From Chlorokybus atmophyticus (taxonomy: Eukaryota > Plantae > Mesostigma and Chlorokybus algae), in contig RHPI01002533.1 of NCBI GenBank assembly GCA_009103225.1, forward strand, positions 1,295,842 through 1,359,841: a DNA stretch of 64,000 nucleotides. The letters are read 5' to 3'. Shown in pieces: positions 1-12,087 of the stretch. The notes beneath the pieces are model-generated. The model was not told the origin of the DNA and made no database searches. It worked only from the letters and a program-made list of their open reading frames with translations. Each line of letters opens with the position of its first letter. The first letter of the stretch is position 1. The position numbers were made by a program, and so were the translations under genes.

Positions 1-205
1 AGCAGGCGGAGCAGGACGACGCCAACAAGTACAAGGGGGAAGGCTTCATTGTGCGAGGAGACAGACAGTTTTGTGACTGTTGTGCGTGTGGGTCTGCCCT
101 GGGCTTGTGGCTGGAGGCTGTGAGGACCGAGGCGCAGTGTGCTGGGCGGGACAGCTTGATTGGCTGGGTGGAGCATACCACCGCCGCCGCCTTTAGGGCG
201 CAAGG

Positions 206-2680
206 ATGAGGGCGGCGGCGGTGCTCCTCACCGTGTTGCTGCTAGGGTTGTCGTCGTTTGCTGCAGCGTAAGTAGCAGTCGAACAATCTGCATCGCTGTC
301 GCATTGGCTTGGGTCTGGCTGCAAGCATGCTTCCCACATGCTGCAATTGCAGTTCTCAATGCAGTCTACCTGGTGCAGCATGCAACTGCCCAAGCATGAC
401 AAGTCATTTGGTTGTGTTGTTTGGTCGTCGGCATGCTTCGTTGGTTTTCAGTAGCGGACGTTGTGGTTTTCCCTGTTGAAAGGAAGTGGATGCACCTGAG
501 GTCCACAAGCATCATTCAAGCACACGATGAGTATGCTGAGGCCTAATGCAGCTCATGTGCGTTGCATACATGCCCAAAGCAAATACTGGTTGCACCTGTA
601 ACTCACAAGCATTTCATTCAAGCCTGATTGTGCTGAGGTCCAGTGCCTGCTGCAGCTTTGGCATGGCAACAATAATCAAACCTGTGAGCGTGAACCATTG
701 GGATTGTGTACTCAATTCTTCATATCCTTCGCAGGCGCAACTTCTATGACATTTTACAGGTATCACGCTCTGCAACAGAGGATCAGATCAAGCGCTCGTA
801 CCGCAAGCTTGCACTCAAGTATCACCCGGACAAGAACCCGGGCAATGAGGAAGCCGGCAAGAAGTTTGCAGAGATCAACCATGGTGAGGCATATGTGTGC
901 AGGCACGTTTTACATGTGAGGTTGTCGGTGATTGTATGGTCTGTGAGTTTGTCAAGTCTCATGCAAGCTTCTCATTCTTTTGGCAGCGTATGAGGTTCTC
1001 ACCAACGCGGAGCAGAAGCGCATTTATGATCAGTATGGTGAGGAAGGCCTGAAGCAGCATCAACAAGGAGGCGGTCCAGGAGGAGGCTTTGGACAAGACA
1101 TATTCTCACAGTAAGCAAGCCATGCTAGGTTGTTCACTGAAAAGCAGCAGAGCATGCTTTATGTTGCACTCGCAGTCTGCGTACTGTGCGGGGTGCGCTC
1201 AGTGCGACCACAACAAGTGCGTACAGAAGTGTGAGGGTACATCAGTGCACGAGTATGAAATTGTTCGTATAAGTGTGCGTGTGTGCATGCGCGGGGACGT
1301 GTGGGCACATACGTGCATGCTGACAATCCGGTTATATCAGGTTTTTCGGTGGCGGGTTTGGGTTTGGGCAACAGGAAGAAGAGGAGTCAACTCCAAAGGG
1401 CCAGGATGTTAGAGTACAGTTGGAAGTTACTCTGGAAGACCTGTATCTGGGCAAATCCTTTCAGGTTAGGCTCATGCACATATTGCTGTGGTTGGATTTG
1501 CGTAACCTGCCTATCAATATGTGAGGGTTGCACTCTCATTCGCAGCTAGAATCCATGCATAGACGCGTGCCAGCTTAGACAGCGTATTTCAGGTACATAG
1601 AGAAAAGAATGTCATCAAACCGGCGAAGGGCACGAGGCAATGCAACTGCAAGAATAAGATGGTTACCAAGCAGATTGGACCAGGGATGTTCCAGCAGTTT
1701 CAACAGCAGGTATGGCCCACACATTCTATCTGTATCCTACATCGTTAACGTTGGTGTGGATCTTGTCATGCTTGGCTGGCCTGTCTATCTGTGGTGTGCT
1801 GCAGTGGTTGGTTGGCATGCGGCAACACAATTGCTCAGTCATGTTCGTCGGTCAAGTCCCCATGTGTGTTGATGCTGATGATCATACTGACCATGATGAT
1901 GTGATTGTGCTCACAGGTGTGCCAAGAATGCCCAAATGTGAAGTATGAACCAGAGGGCCAGTCTCTCACTGTGGAGGTGGACAGGGGGATGTCCGATGGC
2001 CAGGTGAGGAAACTTGCATGGTTTGGTACCTTGGTTGCGCCGGGCAGCTGCTGATCAAATGTTCGCAGGAGGTAACATTCTTTGAGGAAGGCGAGCCGAT
2101 GATTGATGGGGAGCCTGGCGATCTGAGGGTAGGGGATTCCATGCGATTGTGGTGTGTGTTTCAATGCACTACGAGCGCATCTGCACCGTGTCTAACCCCA
2201 CGTGCATTGTAGTTCTACATCAGAACCAAACCACACCCAACCTTCCGGCGTGAAGGCAACAACCTTCACATGGAGTACACGACATCACTGGTGAGTTTAA
2301 CATGCTGAGCACCCCTGTGCAATTGCTCTGTTGCAGCTGTCACACACAAGTATCATACATTGGGCAGGTGGACGCACTTGTAGGTTTTAGTGCAGAAGTT
2401 GCCCATCTAGATGGGCATTCCGTGGAGATTGGCAGCAAGGTAAGCGTTACCTTCAGGGGCCTCAGTGGTTGTTGCCACTTGGTACCATTCAGAGAGTTGT
2501 GCTGGCTTTGCTTTGCAGGGTGTCACAAGGCCTGGTGAGATCCGGCGCATTGTCGGCGAGGGCATGCCTGTTCGCGACAGCATGAAACACAAGGGTGATT
2601 TGTTTGTGCAGTTCACAGTTGACTTTCCAGCGTCATTGACTGAAGCGCAGAAAGATAGCATAAGGAAAACATTTGTGTAA
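206..2680 (+). CDS. ERDJ3B: ER-lumenal DnaJ/Hsp40 co-chaperone (ERdj3B/DNAJB11 type), multi-exon
   Basis: Exon 1 encodes a signal peptide ([20 protein letters not shown], then a GTAAGT donor). The J-domain reads [40 protein letters not shown] with the HPD motif. Later exons include KGPGC-region, [50 protein letters not shown] and [13 protein letters not shown], ending KDSIRKTFV*. Confidence 0.93.
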
Positions 2681-3355
2681 CTTGCATGAAAGCAGCAGTG
2701 GACCGGCGGTTGGGAACTTGCATGTCATTGGCAGTTACCATTGACGTTGTTGTGAAGTTGCATGCTTGCCATCAGAGCCACGAAAGCATGTCAATGTATC
2801 TTGAGATGTATGTGCAATGATGCCCAGGGAAGGGATGCCCAACACCTCCATCTCCAAAATACCTATATTCGCTGGCAAAGCCTCGTGTAATAAATGCACA
2901 CGCAATAATGTCTGCAGACTCCACCAAAGTGATAGCAATTACACTGCATGAAGGGTTGTAAAATCATCCCATTGATCTGACCACATCAAAGCAACCACTG
3001 CCACCGCAGCCAGTTACATCAACACATAGCAAATCCTCACTGCAGAAGTTTACATACAACAAACTACTGCAACACCAAGGAATCTGCAGCAGTGATGTAC
3101 CCCACACAATACACATAGAGTAAATTCAGAAATAACTTCCATCAAAGCGTCTATTGCACAAGTCTATCAACATCCTGGCAGTTCAACCAGCTTTGTATTT
3201 ACAGCATGGCATTATGTCACTACAACCTGCAAGACGCTGTGAGCGGTGTGCCAACCGGTCTGGTCGGAAACCACATACCATGCGCTCTGCAGCGTAATAT
3301 CATCCAACGACAGCTCTCCTACACCATCAAGCACCTAGTCTACTGCTCTACAATA

Positions 3356-5761
3356 TCAACACAAGTACTCTCGCAGGTTGCCTGCGCGAATGTTGCACCG
3401 CAACTTGTTCAAGGCTTCGCACTGCAAGCACATAGAAAACTTGTCAGCAATCTTATAAACAGCGCATGTACTTAGCGTAAGCCGTGCGGTTGATAACCAA
3501 TGCAGCTGAGGCTTCCATAAGTCTGCACAAGACAGCCGCACAATTTGCAATCATGTACAATCATCATACCTCAATTTGTCGGATACGCTCGCGAGTGACT
3601 GAGAATATCTGCCCAACTTCCTCCAGAGTCCAAACTCGCTCTTCCTCGCCCAGCCCGTAGCGCAACCTGATGACCTCACGCTCTCGGGGTCTTAACAAGT
3701 TCAGAGCATTACGCAGATCGTCCTTCATCATGTGCGATTCTGCAACGTCATCTGGACCTGGCCTGCCATCTGGCAGACAATCCATGATGCTGCGCATGTC
3801 CTGCGTCTTGGAGTTGGGAGATGCGGCACAGTCCAAGGAGGCAACGGGAGCAGCGCCGCGCAAGATGGCCTCCACCTTCTCACGAGGAAGACCGCATGCC
3901 TCTGCAAGCACTGTGGTTCTGGGCTCTCTGTGCGATTGATCGGTGATGAGCTTGGCTGTCCGCTTGATTTGGTAAAGAGTCTCCACTGTGCGGATCGGCA
4001 GGCGAATCATTCTGCTATCATTTGCAATGCCTCTCGTAATGGCTTGTCGGATCCACCAGTAAGCGTAGGTAGAGAACTTGAAACCCTTCTTGTAGTCAAA
4101 CCGATCTGCCCCCTTTACCAACCCCAGCATGCCCTCCTGGCACATGTCGATCAATGGCAGACCCCTGTTTTGATAGCGCTTGGCAACTGAAACTACAAGG
4201 CGCAGGTTGCTGACAACCAGCTGGTGTCTTGCCATCCGGCCTGCTCTGATAATTTCTTCCAGCTCTGCTGAGCCTGATACCCCGGCCGCTTCAGCCCACT
4301 CATAATCAGATGGAGAGTGGCCGAGCTGTTTCTCAAGCTTGGCTTTGACACTCTTCAATCGGGTCATTTCCTGAACACCATGTCCATCAGACACACAACA
4401 TAGGTGCAACACAATCAAAGGACAGCTGTGAGCGAGCAAATCCATGCATGGAATTGACTTGTTCGCAAGCAATGGCTGGTTGCAGTAGCATACCTTCAAC
4501 TGCCGGCCATACTCCAGCTCTTCCTCGTGTGTTAGAAGTGGAGCACATGCCATGTCCATCAAGTATTGCCTCACGCTTTGAGGACCTGCCGTTGCCGCCC
4601 TGTGTGCCTTGCGCTTCTCCTTGAGCATGGGTGTCAGCTTGCGTGTCACCTTCCCCGCAAGAAGACGTTGCTGGTCCGACCACTCAGACCCTAAGGTGCG
4701 ATGCTCGAGGCGTTCGTTGTGCAGCTGTTCGGTGCTTGGGGCCAGCGCTATTGGTGTTCTGCGGCGCAAGCGTGCACTGCCCGAGCCTACAACCTGTCAC
4801 AGTATATTAACAGCTTCTTAGCTGCAGCAGTTCGGCCATCACACCGTGATTGCCTAGTGACAAAATACATGGTTCTGGTTGACAAGAATGGAGACAATGC
4901 TAGTGGGATTGCATGCATGGGCATGGCTGAGCTACCTAATTGACACTGAATTGCTTACACAGCGCGAGATCCGCAAGTGCTAGATTGCGCCATAATAGAG
5001 ACTGGTACAAACCTGAAGCTCTTCAAGCTGCCGGTGACTGTGGCTGGGCAGCTCTTGTTCAGCCTCCTGTGCGGCTTCCAGCTGCTCCTGCTCCTGTGCT
5101 TCTCTCCGTATTGTGGCAAGCAGCGCCTCCATCAGCGCCCTCTCCGTCTCTCTGCGGATGCTGCTGTGGCGAGGATCGTCCCGCTCAACTTTGCTTATGC
5201 GCGTGAACCTACCCCATTCCTCCAGCTCCACTCTGTCCTCGAGAGTAGCTGCACGTCGTGTGGCACACTCTAACACGCATGTGGTCGGCTGCAGCCTCCG
5301 CCTTGTGCCCAGCTGCTGCGGCGCTACGGTTGCTGGCTGAGAGATAGCATGCGAAGAACTCTTGCGGCGCACCAGCAACGGAGCACCAACATGAGCTACG
5401 ACCACAGCCATGCTGACAGGCAATCGATTCCCCAATGCAAACGACAACGTCACTGATGCCAGCCTTCAAGATGTCATGCCCTGCTCTAATGCACTGCTAC
5501 TGAGACAGCCGGGCTGAGAGACTGCAACCGCAAACACTACTGCTCCACCTCCAGCAGCTCGCCGGCTGCAATCCCAGCTTCTATGTGCGATGAGGCACGT
5601 CAACAGGCTGTACGTCTAGCCGTCTCCGGCTATCACAAAAGCCTCCGCAAGCACGAGGACGGCGACCTTACGTACGACGCTGCCGACAACGCCGTCAACC
5701 ACCCCGCCAAGAACCAGCGCACTGCCTCACAGAGGAACGCCGTCGCTCGGCGACTTGCCAT
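3356..5761 (-). CDS. SIG: Nucleus-encoded plastid RNA polymerase sigma-70 factor
   Basis: Region 1.2 LLTHEEELEYGRQLK; region 2 SNLRLVVSVAKRYQNRGL..QEGMLGLVKGADRFDYKKGFKFSTYAYWWIRQAITR; region 4 REREVIRLRYGL..TLEEVGQIFSVTRERIRQIE, spliced to a last exon CEALNKLRCNIRAGNLREYLC* (stop 3356). The start (MASRRATAFL, then GTGAG donor) and the transit-peptide exons are inferred. Confidence 0.93.
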
Positions 5762-6914
5762 TAGCTCCGCAGCGCTTTTTCCGCCTAAACTCTTGGCCCG
5801 AAAGAGAATCGCGGTCAGCAAACCACGATTCCAGTGGAAACTGCGAAACTTTGCACAATGGCATGTCAGCAGTTTGATAGCGAGATTGCTGTGCTTGCAG
5901 GACAAACGGACGTACAGCCAACACACCGCTAAGTGTCGCTACGGCCTCGGTTTCTGGTTAGTTGTAGGGACTTCCTGCAGAATAGCGAGGGAATCCGTTA
6001 ACTGGTTGCGCGTGGGCCTAACCTGAGATATTTGCTTGCCCAGGAGCCGGGCTAGTGAGGCCGTCGATGGGGTGGAGTGCAGGGATCGACGGCAGGTACC
6101 GATCGACGGTGTCAGAGCGTGCGGATTGCGCTCCGCCTCCTGCAGCCAATCGGACGCCTCATGGGCGCCGACCAATGGGGCTGAAGACGTGCTGCAGTCA
6201 TATTCTAGACCTAGAGCTAACGTTAGAAACAGCAGGGGGCGACCTAGTGGCCGCTGTATGCTCCCTTCAGCCGCTCACGTAGTCGTGCGCTGCCGCGGCA
6301 ACGCACGTTTCTACCATGCTGATGTCACTGCCGCGGCCTGTACGGTTGCTGAGACTCGTACGACAACTCCACTAGAGCACTTCGTTGAAGTAGTGTTTTA
6401 CATGATGTAAATTACATCCCGGACCTATGGAGGGTTCTGATGTTGACAAATTCATTCTTCAGGTAATGTGGCAATGTCATGGTGCCATTGTAAAGTGCAT
6501 GGTTGATGCATTGATTCTTTTTGCTGTATGTGCACAGGACAATCAATCAATGGTTGCCATGCTGAATGCTAGCATCATCGCTTAAATAAATAAAATTATT
6601 GTTTGTATAGTATATGGATACAATGGCATACTGGCAATAAATTAAACATGCAAATTGTTCGCGGGTGAAAGGCTGGAGTCTGTTTGGTCATATATATTGC
6701 ATAAGACACCATGGTGCATGGGATAAGCGACACTTTTCGTAATCGATAAATCGTTGGTTATTTTATTATTTCATGAACGTCAGCGTTCAAAGAGTTTGCT
6801 TTGACACAGATTTTGTGTGTCATATACATAAATGGCTACAAGACCAAACAATTCAACACCATCATGGCCATGAACTGCATTGGATGATATGATGTTTGCT
6901 AGAGGTAGCCCATG

Positions 6915-7871
6915 TGTCACGCCCACATGGCAGGCAAAAGTCATTTTCTGTCCCTTACTTATGTGGTAAGTAAGATGAGACTAAGTGGGGACCCACACTA
7001 CGCAAGCGTGTGTAGTGCTTGTGGGTGTGCTCTCATGTAGGTCTGCTCTAGAGCCTGTGCGGCCTTGAGCATGATGAACTACACAAGGCATGATGGCAAG
7101 CACATAGCTGATCATAGCCGATGAGACATCATGTGATGTACAGAGACATATGTGTGCATATGTCCGCATGTGTATGCATGTGTTTGCATATGTGTGCACA
7201 TGTACACATATGAGTGCATACGCGTGCATGAGAGGTATGTACTAGATGTATGCATGTATATGCATGCATGCGCATATGTGTGCATATATGCGCATATGTA
7301 TGCATAAGGATGCATATGTATGCATGAGTATGATGTCCTAGGCTAATGTGACCAGCCAAGGGACGTTTACAATGTCCGAGGCTGATGTGTGATCAGTCTT
7401 GGGCGTTGAAAGAGGTCCAAGGGCTGATGTGGCAGCCCTAGACATGAGTTGTGGTCAACGCAGCCATGACAAGGCATGTAGCCTTGGACTTGGATGTTCT
7501 AGGTCGGAGAGCAGCAAAGAGAGGGTATATGAACGGCCTCAACATGTGTTGAGGCAGCTCAGCATGTGCATACTCGACTCTTGTGTGTGGGGTGCCTAGT
7601 TGAGTTGTTCAAGGGGCTCTCCCTCTCGTCCCATGTGGGGTGTGATGTCCGTGGCAGCTTTGCACATGTGTGTGAGGAGTGCTTGAGTGTGTGAGTGTGT
7701 GGGAGCTGAGCAGAGAGGTTGGTGTCATCCTCTCCTTCCTTGGTGCGGTGCTGTGACTTCCTCTGCAAGGTACTGCACCAGTGACGCTGGTAGGGCTTCC
7801 AGTAGTAAGTCCTTGTGCTTGTGCATAAGTTTGCCAAGCCGCCCAGCAAGTAAGTGAGTGGTATCGTTACA
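6915..7871. mobile_element. Solo LTR (957 bp), probably Ty3/Gypsy, with 5-bp target-site duplication CCATG
   Basis: Begins TGTCACGCCC (6915) and ends GGTATCGTTACA (7871), giving TG..CA termini with a 5/6 terminal inverted match. CCATG lies immediately on both sides (6910-6914 and 7872-7876). No gag/pol, PBS or second LTR is nearby. Confidence 0.85.
7141..7330. repeat. Degenerate CATATG/TGCA/TGTG alternating purine-pyrimidine simple repeat inside the solo LTR
   Basis: Repeated catatgtgtgcatatg, atgtatgcatg and similar units are directly visible. Confidence 0.8.
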
Positions 7872-7930
7872 CCATGTATGTTAAGTTGTTTTAATAACAG
7901 TTTATACATCGGCAATAAATGCATGCCTGT

Positions 7931-8050
7931 TAAGCTTAGCAGAAACTTTGTATACGGTCAAACATGTTGTCTCAGATAATCTTCATTAACAACATATGCT
8001 AACTTGCTAAGCTTTGCAAGAACTTTACATATGGTCAAACACGTTTTGTC
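7931..8050. repeat. Imperfect ~41-bp direct duplication
   Basis: taagcttagcagaaactttgtatacggtcaaacatgttgtc (7931-7971) versus taagctttgcaagaactttacatatggtcaaacacgttttgtc (8008-8050). Confidence 0.75.
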
Positions 8051-8514
8051 AAGTGGCTTTTATTATCAATATATATTAATGCAATATCAAGATGTTTGTA
8101 TTGTTGTGTGCAACAAATACAATGCACAATATACATATTGTAATGTACTCATCAACATCATCACAGCAACGAAAACACACTTTGACTGCATAGTGGCCCA
8201 TGTCTTGCATTCCTAACAAGATTGCCCCATGTTGTTTATACGCGCAACTGAATTAACCAGCATTGAAGACTTGTTGACGTGCAAGATCTTGTGCAAACAT
8301 GGCTTCTCGAACAAAATGTTGCAAGGCTCAGCAATGCTTGTTCAGTTTCTTTCTTGTGCTTGCATGTTTTGAGAGGGCGTCCGGTGCACAGGGGAGTGGG
8401 GGCCAAGGATTGCCAAGAGTGCCTTCAAACTAGTGAAACATGTTTGTTTACTAGTCATGAAGGACTTGGCTGCCAGAGTGTCCTGCTTTGATAAGTTGCC
8501 TAATTGAAGTGCCG

Positions 8515-10017
8515 CTACTCTTTCATCAGGCTAACCATGTCCGCAATCTCCGTGGGGCTTTTACCGCTTGTCTGCAGAACGAAACGACGTATAATACAAA
8601 CAAAAACATAGCCAAGCTGCCCGCATGCATGCAGAACAGTGCTGTCCGTGATAAAGCAACAACTGGCATTACCCGGATGAAAGACGGTCCAAACTTGCCC
8701 TTGTCGATCTCTGGCTCGCCCTTAACGACGCACCTAACAGAGACAACAACTTGCAACTGGTTGGGTTGAGGGCAAACGAATCCATTTCGTGTGATTGCTG
8801 CTAAGTGATTTGTGAGTGCCTGCCTGCAACTGCATTGGGCAGCAGCGTCAATTGAACACATGCATTGCGACTCAAGTACCTCCAATGTGTGCTTGCACTT
8901 GTGCGTTGGGCTTTCTGCAATGTCACAGTGATAATGCGCTCGGTACCACGGGTTTCTGCACGCAGTTGTGTGGTCAGGTGCATGCTGCATGCATTGCAAA
9001 ATGCACACATTTTGCTGCCTTCCAAACAGCCACAAGTCCGATTGCACCACACGCGCAGTTACCAATCTCCCAGGTGGAGTCCTCAGGAAGAACACGTCTG
9101 TATAGCTCGCCCTGTCAATTACACAAGCATTGACTTCACATAGCACACCTCATGGCATGTCCAGGTTTTACATAAGTGCACCAGCAAATGCTGAACACAC
9201 AAGCATGCACGGCAGGCAAGCGTGAGCCTCCAGGAGCTCACAGTGATTGAAGCAGCTGTTGTGTACCTGCAGCACTGGCTTGTCGCTGCCGCTAAGGGAA
9301 ATACGGAACTGCTCCGAGGCAATCTTGCAGTCTACATCCTTGCTGCGCGTGCCTGCAAGTTGAAGAGCGGTGACGGAGTGCATAAACAGCTGGATGGGAG
9401 TGACTGTGCGGCTGTCTCTCTTGCAGCTTTGCAAACACGCTGCCAACACATACATCCACACCACACCTGCTGCACAGGGAATCTCAACAATGACCTCCTC
9501 CTCTGTCTGGCCCCACTGGTAGCGATCGGTCTTGCCTGCGTATGCTCACGGTCGCCCCGCTATCAAACACAAACGCATGTGCTGCTGGATGCCGACTGCT
9601 TGTTGTGATGGTGCTGGTGCTGGTGCTGGTTGTTGAAGACGACAACAGGTGCAAGACTGCTAGCACTGACTGCATTTGATCGACAGCTGTTGGCAAGGGG
9701 AGCAACCAGCATAGCCTTACCTCCAAACGCCATTGGGTCCGTGATCCCATTGACACTCTGCTTGGCAATGTCGTTGAAGTCCGAAGCAGCCAAGGCAGAG
9801 TCCTGCATTGCACTCACACTACTCAATCGTACATACACATGGTGCAGGTGTTGCTGGGTGGTTATAGTGTCAATTGTATTGTGGTGTGGGACAGCCATGC
9901 CTTGGAGGTGGGTTGCCTGCGCTGCCACCATGACCAAGACAGCCATATCAGCACACCAAGCACGGTGGTGAAGGCCGCCCTGCCCGCCGCCCACCACCAC
10001 TCGGCCGCCTGCTCCAT
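8515..10017 (-). CDS. CS (p23/NudC-like) domain protein with N-terminal hydrophobic anchor
   Basis: N-terminus MEQAAEWWWAAGRAAFTTVLGVLIWLSWSWWQRR is TM-like. CS-domain exons read GKTDRYQWGQTEEEVIVEIPCAA, GTRSKDVDCKIASEQFRISLSGSDKPVLQ and CVVKGEPEIDKGKFGP (NudC-type motif). The last exon is TSGKSPTEIADMVSLMKE*. Confidence 0.8.
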
Positions 10018-10088
10018 GACCTCCCTCCCTTGAGCAATGCTACAACGTGCTTGCAAACAGCCAACGGTTTACGTTGCTGGTGGTCGTC

Positions 10089-12087
10089 ATGGCGGCGGCG
10101 GCGGTAGCTGTGGCACGCACTGCCGGGGGCGAGGTGGTGGACCTGTGCGGCTATGAGCTCAGTGACGGCGAGCTGGAGGCTGCCGGCCCTCTGCCCGAGG
10201 ATGCAGCGGAGGCCGACCTCACGCAGAACAGGCTGAAAGCCGTGCCGGCAGGGACGCTGAGCGGGCCGCGCCAGCTGCGGCGCCTGTCGCTTCGCAAGAA
10301 CCTCATTGCTGACGCCTCGCCCCTCGCCACCATTCCGGGCCTCAAAGGCCTGCACCGCCTCGTTCTACACGACAACCACCTTACCCAGGCACGCATGCAT
10401 GCAAGCTCTTGAATTTTCTCTCCTGAATGCATGGTTGAGTAATAAACACGACGAATGGTTGCATGAGTGGTGAGAACATGAATGACCTCACGCATGCAGT
10501 CGTTGAGTGAGTGAGCAAATGGACAAAGACATCAACAGCTGCACATTGCGGCTGCAAGTTCCCGTTTGCATTTTGCACAAATGTGTCCTGGCCTAAGCTT
10601 CATGAGCCTTGGTCGTCAGATATCCATCGGAAGCAGGTTGCTGGTTGAAGCTGTCCAAAGTAGCGAGTGCATGTTTCTGGTGCTTACGGTGTCACTCTTG
10701 GCAAACCAAAACATTGAACAAGTGCACGTTACTGGACGCACGCGCAGTGCGTAAATCCTGGACCGTGCATATATGTGCTTTGCCCCTCAACGCTTACTGC
10801 CACTGCATCAAGTGCGCTCATTTTGGTGCATGAACTGCGCAGCTTCCTCCACTTGAGCCGTTCGAAGAGCTGGCCCACCTTGACGTCTCTTTCAACAAGG
10901 TACGCTCTGCTCTCTGACCGCATGTACTGGCCTGCTTGCTGCATCCAAAGGGTGTAATGATTGTGTGTCTGCTCAATAAGTGAACGCACGCTGTGCAAGC
11001 AAACGACATTCTTGGCAGATCAAATCGCTCGAGAGCATGGCGCAGGCCAGCAGCACGCTGGAAGAGTTGTTTGCGGCCAGCAATAAAGTGCGGACATAGC
11101 AGCCCAATCTCGTACTATCTCAATTTTGTGCTAAAGCAAGCTGCTGGCTGCACACAGATCGGACAGATTGAAAGCTTGACACACCTCCATGCCTTACGGG
11201 TGCTCGAGCTTGGCTGCAACCGCATACGGGTGAGAAGCTGGTGAGATTGATATTGCTACTTGGTTCAGCCAAGGTCTGCACGCTCTCAACACTCACTGCA
11301 TGCAGGTTGCATAGAACATCATTGCGTGCAGGAGATGGAGGGGCTGGAGGGGTTGGGCGCGCTGCAGCAGCTGTGGCTGGGACGCAACAAGATTGCGCGC
11401 ATCCTCGTGCCGCCCTCGCCTGCTGCCAGCCTGCGCCAGATAAGCTTACAGAGCAACCGCCTCACGTCCATGTCCGGCATTGAAGCCTGCACCGCCCTTG
11501 AAGAGCTCTACCTTTCTCACAACGCCATCGATCGCATTCCGGTGAGTTGCATTGCTGTCATTAGTCATATTAATCAGCCTGTACTTTGTTTCTTGCACAG
11601 TAAGTCTCAGAAGTCGCCACCATGCAGGACCTTTCTGCGCTAACGCAGCTCCGCATACTGGATGTGGGCAACAATCGCATCACTGCCATTGAGGGCCTGC
11701 AAAAAATTTCTGGACTGGAGGACCTCTGGATCAATGACAATCAGCTCGGCAGCCTGGAGGGCGTCCAAGGCGCAGTCCGCAACTCCGCCAACACCCTCTT
11801 TACCATATATGTAGACAACAACCCTGCGGTACGGCCAGAGCCTGGTCGCATGATGTTGGCATTGCGTTGCAGTTTGCAGAACGTAATCCCTCCAGCGGAA
11901 GCTTGATAGTCCACACCATGCTTTCTGCATTCGCTGATGTGTATTCAGCATTCTCTTCTTTTACATTGTGCAGGTGCAGGGCATGGACGTTGCACAGCTC
12001 AGAGAGAAGCTGCTAGCCGCGTTCCCAGCCCTCATGCAAATAGATGCGTACTATGTTCCTAAAGCTGCACCACCTCGCCTCCGCTGA
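10089..12087 (+). CDS. SDS22: PP1 regulatory subunit SDS22/PPP1R7 (leucine-rich repeat protein)
   Basis: SDS22-type LRRs: LRRLSLRKNLI, LAHLDVSFNK, LEELFAASNK, LRVLELGCNRIR, LQQLWLGRNKI, LRQISLQSNRLTSMSGIEACTALEELYLSHNAI, LRILDVGNNRI, LEDLWINDNQL. LRR cap TIYVDNNP..REKLLAAFPALMQIDA. Confidence 0.9.
10389..10842 (+). other. GC-AG intron (SDS22 intron 1)
   Basis: CAG|gcacgc...gcgcag|CTT joins HDNHLTQ to LPPLEPFEELAHLDVSFNK in phase. No GT occurs before the in-frame TGA at 10410-10412. Confidence 0.8.

Noticed and set aside
1-49. Possible minus-strand start (ATG at 49, MKPSPLYLLASSCSAC) of a gene divergent from ERDJ3B
   Set aside because: It fits the alternation pattern, but only 16 codons are visible and there is no recognisable motif.
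3356-5761. Bacterial contamination or recent HGT suggested by the sigma-70 factor
   Set aside because: It has spliceosomal introns and a transit-like N-terminus; nucleus-encoded plastid sigma factors are standard.
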